Assembly (NCBI GenBank): GCA_000004985.1
Contig: GG738859.1
Strand: one strand, 5' to 3'
DNA: 64,000 bases
Source: Naegleria gruberi
Taxonomy: Eukaryota
Shown one piece after another: positions 20,180-31,033 of this stretch. The notes under the pieces were generated by a model. That model did not search any database and had not been told where the DNA came from. It saw only the letters and a list, made by a program, of their open reading frames with translations. Position 1 is the stretch's first letter. Every line of letters starts with the position of its first letter. The position numbers were made by a program, and so were the translations under genes.

Positions 20180-20789
20180 TTTACTACTATAATAATACTC
20201 GAGTATAAAGTTGTTGTTTTTGAAATGTTGTTGTTAGTAAAAATTGTCAAATAGGCCTATTTGATTCTCCCTTTTAAATAGAAATTAAAAGGGTCGATGA
20301 GAAATTCGGGTTTTGCCAATTTTTTTTTAAAGATTCAACAATTATTGCGAGTTGTTTTATTTTCAAGAAGGGAATTGATGATATCTTTTGTTGATGCTGT
20401 GTTGTGTTGTGAAGGTAAATCCAGATGTTGAAAGTATTTGCTGAACCTGAATAAAAAATGCTTGATATTAATAGAGGAAGAAATTATTAAATATTATTAA
20501 TATTGGTTTGGATGTTGATTTGGATGATTGGAAAATAATATATTCAGAATGGTTTAATAATGACCACCAATACTATATAATTCAACAATGTGAAATAGTA
20601 ATCATCTTATTGCAGCAACACAATTGTTCGCATTCTTCTACATACACAAATATATTTCAACCCTTACAAAAATTCCATCCAATCATCCTCTTCTCCAAAC
20701 AATGACTGAATATGCGAGCCCCTTCCAATCCCCACAAGAACAAACTTCGATTAATTATTTAAAAAAAACTCTTTCTTGATCGAATTGAA

Positions 20790-21773
20790 ATGCCACCCTC
20801 TTCAAACAACAACAAGAGCAAGCCATCTTCTTCGGAAAGACAAGAGGAAGAAGAGGATAATCACAACAATAACATGTTTTGGCAGGAGACGAAGGAGCAA
20901 ACAGTCACCTCCAGTGAAACCTTCTCTACAGTACAAGATGGAATTAAAAAGCAAAGCAAGACAAAAAAGAAGAAGACCAACAAGAACAGTTTCTCTCATG
21001 CACTTATAACCCAACAAGACTTGGATCTGCTTGCAACTGGATTTAATATCCAAACAACAACAACAACTGATACATCATCATCTTCATCAACCATTCCATC
21101 ATTGCCTCCTCCATCAGAGGCCAATATGATAGAACAAATGGTGGAACCACCAATTGATAATATTCAAACACTCCCTTCAATTCCTGAAGAGGTTTCCATT
21201 GATTCAGATGTAGAAATGGACCTATTTGAAAATCAACAAGCTTCTGAAGAAATTCAAGAAGACATAATTATTGGATTGCTCTCTTTTGAAAATCCAAACA
21301 TTGATATACTCAATACTAACTCTGGTAAAATTCCAAACCTAACTCTTGGCGATGGAAATCTTTTCAATTACTTGGGACACTTCACTAACTATGGAATTGA
21401 ACCTGAATTCCATTCTCAAACACATGAAGTAATGAATGATTTAACAGATGTTGAGGAATTACCAGCCCTCCCTTACGCTCTGTCTTGTTATGATGAAGAA
21501 ACTTGCTTAGAGAAACCAATTGAAGAGAACAAGGAGTCTGCAAATCTAATTGATGTTATTTGTGTACCTAAATCTATACTGGATTTAGTTGCAGAGATTA
21601 TAATTAAAACCTCCTCACCAGCATTCACCCTCCCAATTGAAAGTGAAATTATCAGAGAAAAGGAAGATAGTGATGATGAAGATGAAGATGATTCCCATCC
21701 TTCTAGATCTTTTTCACTTTTCAATCCATACTACAAGGATCATGATGATTATGACTATTTCAGACAAAATTAA
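20790..21773 (+). CDS. Acidic low-complexity protein (327 aa), function unknown
   Basis: ATG ORF rich in D/E/S/T/N, with a poly-K/T stretch near the N-terminus and a DSDDEDEDDS segment near the C-terminus. No domain I recognise. Confidence 0.45.
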   Translation: MPPSSNNNKSKPSSSERQEEEEDNHNNNMFWQETKEQTVTSSETFSTVQDGIKKQSKTKKKKTNKNSFSHALITQQDLDLLATGFNIQTTTTTDTSSSSSTIPSLPPPSEANMIEQMVEPPIDNIQTLPSIPEEVSIDSDVEMDLFENQQASEEIQEDIIIGLLSFENPNIDILNTNSGKIPNLTLGDGNLFNYLGHFTNYGIEPEFHSQTHEVMNDLTDVEELPALPYALSCYDEETCLEKPIEENKESANLIDVICVPKSILDLVAEIIIKTSSPAFTLPIESEIIREKEDSDDEDEDDSHPSRSFSLFNPYYKDHDDYDYFRQN

Positions 21774-22134
21774 GTTTTTGAGTTTGAAATAACTTGATCA
21801 TTGCTGAACTCTGTAAATACTGATTATTGTAACATTATAAAAACCTCAAAGGTTAATTTTAGCTTTTTTGTTGCACTTTTTCTCTCTAATGATGATCAAG
21901 CTTGATCTGGGAAAGTTGTTGAGGCAATTTTTTTTAAATTGTGTTCTTCCAGTAACAAGACGAGTTTTTTTGTTTCTACTTTCTTGTGGAATTCATTGGG
22001 TCAATTTTTTGTTTTACAAGACATGAACTAATTTGACAATAGAATCAACACAGGGATTTGATTATTCGAATAATGACTTAACAAACCTAAGCATCTTGGA
22101 TTAATTTATTATTAATTTTAATAATACAAAAAAA

Positions 22135-22860
22135 ATGAAGAGAAGAGAGGGAGCAACTTCATCATCTGATGACGACGATGAGTTACCAGATTATTCCCAG
22201 TGGTCATTTGAAAGACCATCGGGTAAGTTGGATGAAGAAATTGGTAGAGTTTTGAATGGAGAGCAGGCAAGTACGGAAGATGAAGATGATGATTTGCCAG
22301 ATTATTCAAATTGGAAATCAACAACATTGGAATCATCAAACAATAATAATAGGAAACAAACAACCTACAAGGAATTATCACCACAAATTATTGACGAAGA
22401 AGATAATATTGTCAAAAAATCATTTCCTATTGATGAAAAGGAAGAAGAATTACCACAAAAACTTCAACAATCACTTTCTAAAATTAAAAAGACAATGAAT
22501 GAGGAAGATGAATTTTCTTTCATTCCAAAACAAAAGAAAAAATCAAGTGGTGATTCAACAAGCAAGAAGAATTCTTTAAAGGATGTGAAAAAGAACAAAT
22601 TTGATTTTTCTGACATTTTGTTTGATTTGGATAGTGAGGAAGAATCTTCAGATGAGGAACCTCTCTCTTATGATGAATGGAAGCAAAAACAAGAGATGAA
22701 ATTGAAAAACAAGAGTCCACTAGACATGCTTGAATCTCTGAAAAAAATGTCTGATACCATCTCACCAATTGATAAACCCCTCAATCCTCAAATGACAGAT
22801 ATGGAACATAAATTAATGTTGGAATGGATGTTCCCTTTGTGTAAATTCAAGCAAAAATAA
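22135..22860 (+). CDS. Acidic protein (241 aa) with internal repeats (D/E)DDDELPDYSQWS / DEDDDLPDYSNWKS
   Basis: ATG ORF with a duplicated acidic-aromatic motif (DELPDYSQW ... DDLPDYSNW) and a K-rich middle segment. The pattern suggests a short linear interaction motif. No domain assignment. Confidence 0.45.
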   Translation: MKRREGATSSSDDDDELPDYSQWSFERPSGKLDEEIGRVLNGEQASTEDEDDDLPDYSNWKSTTLESSNNNNRKQTTYKELSPQIIDEEDNIVKKSFPIDEKEEELPQKLQQSLSKIKKTMNEEDEFSFIPKQKKKSSGDSTSKKNSLKDVKKNKFDFSDILFDLDSEEESSDEEPLSYDEWKQKQEMKLKNKSPLDMLESLKKMSDTISPIDKPLNPQMTDMEHKLMLEWMFPLCKFKQK

Positions 22861-22861
22861 T

Positions 22862-25800
22862 TTATTGGAACTTTCTAAAAAGAGATCCAGAACCAGTTGA
22901 TATGGAAGTTGTTCGTCTTCTTGCGGAACCAATTTTGAGTTGTGGAGAAGATGGGTTCTTTTCATAAGGAATGGAAGCAACAGCATACGGAGATACTGGA
23001 GGTTTAGTATCTGCAGTAACCAATTGAAGAGTTTGTAATAAAAGTTCATCCAATCTTTTGCCTTCCTCTTCTTCACTTGTGGTTTCCAAATCGAAAGTCA
23101 TCTTGTATTTACTTGCAGTGGAGAGTAGGTCACTATCAGTTGCTTGATCATCATATTCTGTAGATGCTTCCATACTGTCTTCCGTGATTGTTTCATCGTC
23201 TGACATGTCAAAATCGAGATGATCATCTTGGCCTGTAGGAATTGGTATTTCTGGATAGGAAATCTTGATTGTTGTAGGAGAAGATGGTTCAGGAGTTGTG
23301 TGAATAGCTTCTACCAGTTCAAGCAAGTTAATTTCCTCTTCATGAACTGATTGTACACTGTACTTGTAAATACTTTGAATAACATCAATGCATTGCTTAA
23401 TACCATTACCTGCTTGATATCCAAAGACATGACCTGGCTTGACAACTCCAGTCTTGTGTTGTAAACTATCTGTTACGCTCTTTTGGTAGTGCATGATTTG
23501 AATGGTTTCCTTTGTCTTTTCTCCACTGTTTTTGACAGTAACGTCAAGAACTCGTGTTGCTTCATACCACAATGGACCTTTAAGCATTTCAATAATAGTT
23601 GCAATAAAACCTGCCTTCTTTCCAATATTGGATTTGGACACATTAGCATGCAGTAAGAAGGAATGAAGTATTGACAAGATTGACTTTTGATAGAATTTTG
23701 GACCAAACTGAAGCATTTCAATGAAAAAGTCAAATACCTCCTTCTCAAACTTTGGGAAGAATGCTTCACAAAATGGTCTTCTCAGATCCAATAGGAATTT
23801 TTCAGAAGTAGTATAATAACCTTTAGAGTATCTAGAAAATACCTTTGCAATTCGTTGGAGGGAAGCATTTTCACAAACTTCAACAATAGCTGATGCAATG
23901 GACCAACATTTGAATCTGTTCATATCATCAATGTGAGAGCACAGACGTGGAAGTAAGCCAATCATATTCTTCATGATAAATCTAGAATAAGGACCAACAT
24001 CTCCCATTAAATCACAATCAATCTTGAAGAAAATGGAAGTCAATTCAATAGTAAGTGGTTCAGAGAATGGACTCAATAATCCTTTCAAAATTAAATCTTG
24101 AATATCACTTGAAGCAGAAAGAGCATCTGGTCTACTGGCAATTATAACGTTTCTAATGGCATCATTGCTAATATCTACTCTTCTCAATACTTCAGTAAAC
24201 AATCTTAGAGCATAAACATAGATATGAGTCACGTCACTGTGCAATAAAGCAGTTGACAACCAAAATATTTGTGGGAAAAGTACTAATCTATTTCTATCCA
24301 TATTCTTTACAATTACTCTCAAAGTTTCAATAATTTCAACAACAATGGCAATCTTTGTAGTCTCAACAGAACTTTGTTGTGTAGCAACCTTAGCCAACTC
24401 TACAGTAAGGTTTCTCATATCGAACGAGTCACCTGAGTGCAATTCCTCCAAGTACTTCTTAAGGTCTTGAATAATATTGACAAAATCATTGGTTCTCAAC
24501 TCTGGTCTGAGTGTTCTATAGATTTGATATGATCTTACCACATTGTGAATTGAACTACTTCTAGTTGCCCATACAAGGGACTGGTATCCCCAATCACTCT
24601 TGATTTCATGTTCATTCTTCAAAATAAATACCACTCTCTCAACAAGAGAGGTGAGTTGTTTAACATTATCACTAACTGGGTTAATACTTGGCTTATCGTC
24701 AACTGCCTTTTCTGGAGAGAAGACCTCAACCTCATCCTCGAAATTAGAGAAGAATATATTGGTGGTATTATTCGCAATTTGATTGAGATTGGTCTCATCT
24801 ATTGTTATATTGTCTCTAGTCCACAAATATTCATCAGTTTTACAATCCAAAAGGAAGTGGATGAGATTTTTGGCTTCCAAGAGATGTTCATTTTGTTCCA
24901 AGGTTCCTCCATTGTGTGGTAATTGTTTTACAACTAGACTGTGAATCAAATGAACCAATAATAATTTGGAATTATAAGAAACAAGCTTGATCTTATGGTC
25001 CATTCTAATGAACATGTATTGTAAAAGGAGAGGCAAATGTTGTCTGAATACATATGCATGATCATAGGCCACCTCACTCAATAAAATTAACACAATATCT
25101 GATCTAACGAGTGGAGGAATTGCGTTTCGGTTAGAACTTTGTCTCTGTGTTAAAACAGCAAAACTCTCAATATTTGGTGAGATTTCACGATAATGTTTGG
25201 AAAGTGGTATATCATCTCTAGATTTCTCAATATACTCGATAACAAGAGAATCCACAACTTGTTGAGGTCCAGCACAGGCACAAAAATAGGTAATTTTTTG
25301 TGAGATGGCAAACAGAATCTTACAATTGGTTGCATCAATGGAGAATAAGGTACCTCTCTCGGTGAGGTAAATCATTACCTTTCTAATATTTGAAGAGTCA
25401 CCAGACAGTCTTACCCACATTGCTTTACATTCTTCAGGGAATTGTTGAGCGTAAGTCTTGGTAATGTCAAATAAGATGTCCAATATTCTACGACTCTCAG
25501 TCATCTTGGAGTATTTAGAATCGTCTGGAGTGGTTGCTCCTCTGAAGGAATTCAAAATTTGAGATTCGTCAAGGTTCAAGAAAGGAATCCATTCTATAAG
25601 AGATTTCAAAAGAGCTCTTTGATCAGTTGGTAATAAGAAAGCCAATCTTGAATAAACCTCTTCGAGTACTCCATAGGCGTATTGTGGATGATCTAAAGCT
25701 AACTTGGCTGCTAAACAAACTTGATTATTAAAGTATTGATCCTCAAGTCCGTTAGAGATGTAGTATGGATAGTTTCCACTTTCAGAGTCAGCAGCAAAGA

Positions 25801-28800
25801 ATCTTTGACTAACAAAGTTAAGCAATCTGTAGGAAATGTTTCTGTTAGAAAGTCTTTCAGACACAGACTTGAAAACAATCAACGTTAAAATGACAGGGAT
25901 TGAGCAGAGCATTTCACATCTTTCAAACACATTACAAATAGCAACGAAATATCCTTTCGAAAGTCTCTTACTGCAATTGTAGCATTGATCAATGCAAATA
26001 TCTAACAAGTTGGGATTTGATAACAGTGCATTCTCGATAGCTTCAATACCAATTCTTCTGTAGACAAGAGATCTGGAGCAGAGAATTTCATCAATCCACT
26101 TCAAGATGGTAATACCAAGTGATTCAATTTCAGTATTTTCTGGAGGTAGTGTTGTTGTTGGTGGTGGGTTATTAGTTCTCAAAACAGAATCTAAAATAGA
26201 CAAGGAGGATCTGAGAGAACTTCTTCCTTCCCTTATAACAACAGTGCTAGTATCGTCATCTGCAGTATCTTCATCCTCAGCATTTTCATCATTAATCTTT
26301 GGATTTCTCTTGTTTTCCATTCTAGTTGAGGCGCTCCACTGTCTTAAAAGTTCCATATTACTCTCAAAGAATTCTCCCAATAACAAACCAGCAACAGCAC
26401 CACATGATCTATACTTCATTCTTGTAGTCTTCTTCTTGAAGATGCTTCCCATGTTTCTCTTTTCCTCTGGATCTTTGAGCTTTTCTATTGTTTGAGAAAG
26501 ACTTGCCAATTCTTCTTCTTCTCTCTTGATACTAGATCTGCCATAACCTGTCCATTGAATGGCAAATAACATTAACTCCTTTCTCAAGTTCTTATCAAAG
26601 GTTCTATAGCCAGGTTTTGGCGCATAATAGTACAATTTTCTAGAAATGTTATCTATAACAATAAAGAGATGATGCCTCAATGACTGTAAATCAATATTGT
26701 ACATATTTCCTGGCTGTTTGCTGTACTGAATTTGTTCTTCAATAAATTGGAGGAACTTTTCCTTGATAAATTCATTTTCTTTGAGTGTAGTGTCTTTAAT
26801 ATTGCTTGATAAACGTGAGTAGACTCTTGATATTTGAACTCTGAGGGAGTCTTTCTTTTTCTTATTCTTCTTTTGCTTGTCCATAATGTAGGCCTCATTC
26901 TCCAAAACCTTGATACTATCCAGAAGAATTTCGAGTAAATCATCAGGAACGGCACCCAGAGCATTCACTGCAGCTGTTGATTGTTTTTCATAATTTGACT
27001 TGAGATGTGGATAAATCATCGCATATAAATCTTTTGCTGAAGAAATTCTTGGTGTTGTTCGTATGATAGTTGCCTTAGTGAGAGGCTCGTCTTCTTCCTT
27101 TTGTCTGAATAGATTCTTTCTGGCCATAGAGCAAGCCAAGTTTACAAAGTGACTCCACAATTCAACAATTCTCTGAATTTCACTTGTGACTGTCATTCTT
27201 GTATAGACACTATCAAGCAAGTTGTTCAATCTCAATATTCTCTTTGTGATTTGATTGAGAGCAATGTGGGAAGTTGGTTGGCAATAAATAGATAAATCTT
27301 TTCCTATTAAACGTAACATGTCAGTAAGGAAATCAGAGAAGGAAAGATTAGGGTCTGCTATGAATTTCTCAAAGCTTTCAGGAGGGCTTGTTTCCTCGCC
27401 TTTCCAAATATTTTGAATGTGTCTTAGACCAGATTCTTCAATAAGATCAGCAACTGTTGATGTGTCTGTGTATCTCTTTTTTTCGCTCTCAAGTATTTTC
27501 AAGGTAATTGTTCTCACAAGAGTAAATATTTTCAAGCTGGATACTCTAATATATGGATTCAAGTTACAGAGTAAAACAACACCAACAGCTTCTATTGGTG
27601 ATGGATCAAAGTAACTGGAAATAGGTTGATCTAGACCTTCTGACTTGAGTTTTCCAAAAACTGTTGGAAGTTTCATTCCAGATGGAGTGTCTGTTTCTGG
27701 ATTATTAAGGTTGGAAATCCACTTCTCCAACAAGAATAAAAACTTTTTCAAAACTGACTTGAGTAAATCAGATCTAAAATCATCAATAGCCATAATCATT
27801 TCTGCAAAGGAGTGTACAAGGACTGGTCTTAAATCAGTATGATAATCTAAAAGTTGTAACATGGTCTCCCAAGATACATCTCTAATGTCACCATATTGAT
27901 GGACAACAAATCTACACAACATATCACAAAGTTCCTTCTTGGTAAACTCACTTGGCAAAATACGAGGAATACATGAGATAGCAGTAACAGCAACTCTTAA
28001 ACTAGCATACTTGTCTTTGGATAAATTTTCGTGCAAAGGTTTAGTATGGTTGGATTGCAAAAAGTTTCCATAAACCTGCATACATTGTTTTAGGATTGCA
28101 CTCAACTTGGAAGAAATTTCCTCTTGATATTGATACAAACCTACAGCATCTAAAAGCTTGTCAGTCTTTGCCAAAAAGTTTGTTCCATAAAAAGAAGATG
28201 CCTTTGAAGCAAAACTAGCACTCAAAGTTCTATAGCTGGAGAAAGGAGAAGACATTCTCACTGATTGAGTAAAATCCTTCTCCAAATCATCAGCTTCTGT
28301 TTCATTGCTTGATCTACTTTGAGTTCTATCCAAAAGTTTGTGAACCCAAGGGAACTCTGATGTTTTTTCATCAGTTCCAAGAATGGAGGAAATTTTCTTC
28401 ATATCATTCACCTCAGCAATAGCTAAAAATGCTCGAAGTGCCAAGTAGACTGTTTCAGGAAGACAACTTGAACTACTGTCCAAATCTAAATTCTTAATGA
28501 CCATATTTTTCATTGCATAGTCCATTCTGTTGTTTGCTACCATTACAATTACATCAACTGTGGCATCATAAATGTTGTCCAAGGCTGGTATTGATGGTGG
28601 CACTTTCTTTCCACTCAATAATAAAGCAATTGTTTTTGATAATATCTCAATTACTGTCGATTGGTCAGACTCGTTAGCAATTTTCAAATAGTAACCAAGG
28701 GTATGAAGTAAGCAATCCAATCCCATTAATTTGGTTCCCTTATCCTTGCATAACCTGAAAATATCTGTTAAAAATTCTTTGAAGGGAGCAATAAATACTG

Positions 28801-30468
28801 CTTTTGGATTTAAACACAAAACAGCTGCTCTAAAAGGAAAAGCTGTGTTCAAGTAAGATGCCTTTCTACACATTTTCTTTGCTATTGAAAGCAGGTTTTT
28901 CAAACCAGCAAGCCAATCTCGATAATCAATACCATTCTTGTACTCAAATTCAGCAAGTGGAGAAAGCATGTTGGCAAGAGATTCTGCAAATGCTCTCTTG
29001 ATTTCTGACTTTTTGGCTTTCCCAAAAAAGTCTGTCATTTTCTTCATCAAATCTACACTCTCGTTAACTTCTGCTGGTTTAGATAATCTAATTTTTAAAT
29101 ATTTTAAAGATCTAATAAAACTAGCAGCTTCATACTTATATTCTAATCTAGCACTAGCTTGTTCCAAAAAATTATCAGAAATCTTTTGGAACCACTTCAC
29201 TGACATTAAACCAATAATCTCAGCAAAGAGGTCAAGAACCTTCTTCTTACTTTCCTGAAGTGATTCCAATCCTGTAGTAATATTTACATGAGCTTTCTTA
29301 AATCTATCCATACATAAAAATTCAACTTGTTCACAATTTTTGATAGAAAGTTCTGGTTGTCTGTAGGAACCTAATGTCAAAAGCACAGTCAAAGAAAGAA
29401 TATAGTCAGCTGCCAATTCTTTTCTTTCTGTGAAATTAGAATAGAGGATTTCTTGCTTGGTGAGTGCTGTTTTTTTAGGTACATTTATCAGCTTGTCTCT
29501 TATACGTTCCTTTACCATTTTGGTAGGTGTACAATCAAGGTGTACTCTCCAATCAATAAGTGCTTCTATCATTGAATTTAAATGATGTTTAGAAATAGCA
29601 GAGAATGCAGAAAGTAATTGTTCAAATGATTGACTTGAAAATGGTGAATATGATTCCGATTTTCTATTTGATGACTCGGTTGATGTCATTCTACTATCCA
29701 TAGAAATCATGGATGCTGATGAAAGAGGTGGTGAACTGAATATTTCAGATGATCTACTAGTATTTACAGTTACATCTCTTAGTATTATAGAACCCCTAGA
29801 AGATCCTTCAAATGTTGAAAGGTCATTATATTGCATATCAATCGCTGAAATCAATTCATTATATCCATTTGTAGAATGACTTGTGTTATTCCAATTTGTT
29901 GTAGCTCTTGGAGCTGCATGATTAAACATCCTAGAATCCACAATTAAAGTTACGTTATCATTCACCTTCTAAATAATAATAAATTAATACATTATTTTAC
30001 AAAAATTTAACATACATTTTCATAGGCAAATTCGTCTATAATTTTAGATGCTTGTTCCTTAAACTCTTGGAAAAATAATAACAAAACATATTCTGTTGTG
30101 TCCATGTTATTTGACAAGTTGAAAGGTTCTTCATTATTAATACTTTGACTAGTTTTGATATCCAATTTAGTAGAAGTGATTGGCATTGTTAAATTTTGTA
30201 AAACTGATGTGACGCCAATATTAGGTGTCACTGACATTGGGGTGGTAAAGTTATTTACGGGAGTTGAATTTACAGAATTTAGTCCTTTTTGATTTGTTGG
30301 TGTTATTGGAGTTACTTCAATAATTGGATTTGGTAAATCCAATGTACGTTGTTGGGGTGTTGTTGAAGGTTGGAAATCATTGATAGAATCAACACTTGAC
30401 ATTGATGAAGAGTCATCAGAACCCAAATCCATATGATTTGATTCTGTTGGTGATACTTGTCGATCCAT
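22862..30468 (-). CDS. Furry/Tao3/Mor2-like cell-morphogenesis HEAT/ARM-repeat protein, about 2520 aa, two exons. Exon 1 is about 30016-30468, followed by a 47-bp intron. Exon 2 is 22862-29968.
   Basis: Track ORF 30007..30468(-) ends ...TEYVLLLFFQEFKEQASKIIDEFAYEN and is followed by gtatgt...tttag (47 bp). It then continues in frame into the 7.1-kb ORF (KVNDNVTLIVDS...). The spliced N-terminus recalls the Furry N-terminal signature (human FRY ...[20 protein letters not shown]... and ...LPSILRTLFDWYKRQ, versus here TEYVLLLFFQEFKEQASKII and ...LNSMIEALIDWRVH). Size and all-helical composition fit the Fry family. This assignment rests on my recalled sequence similarity and needs confirmation. 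Confidence 0.65.
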
Positions 30469-31033
30469 TATTGAAAACTACTTCGTCTATATAAATAAAT
30501 TAAAATTTAAACGTAAAATCTGATGTTGGTGGTAGTATTTGCCGTTGTTTAGTAATAGGAAATATATTAAAAACACAAATATTGTCCAACAATATACTAT
30601 TATTGCTGCTACAAAAACTATTACTATTGTATAAATTCCAAAAAACTCGATCGTGAATCCTCGCTATATTGTGTGATGAAGAGATGATGCAAGTATCACA
30701 CACTCTTGATACGACAAAACACTGAAACAAATGTGTGCCGATCTACTAGCTGGAGAGGTGATTTTTTTGATGTTTGTTATTGTTGTCTTGTCTTGGTTTG
30801 AAAAATTCGACTGTTGGTGTCTATTCGCATCTGCTATAATTCACTATTGGAGAGAATGGTGTAAGCTCTCTGAAGTAAATAAACGGTTCAATCAGTTAAA
30901 TCTGTTTTTCAATTCCTTGATGGTGTATCATAATCCAAACCTTGTTGTTGGGTTGGTGTGATTTGATGAAGGTGTAGAAAATTGTTATTGTTGTGAAGGA
31001 AAAATAAAAACACATTCAAAAAAAGGCTTAAAA

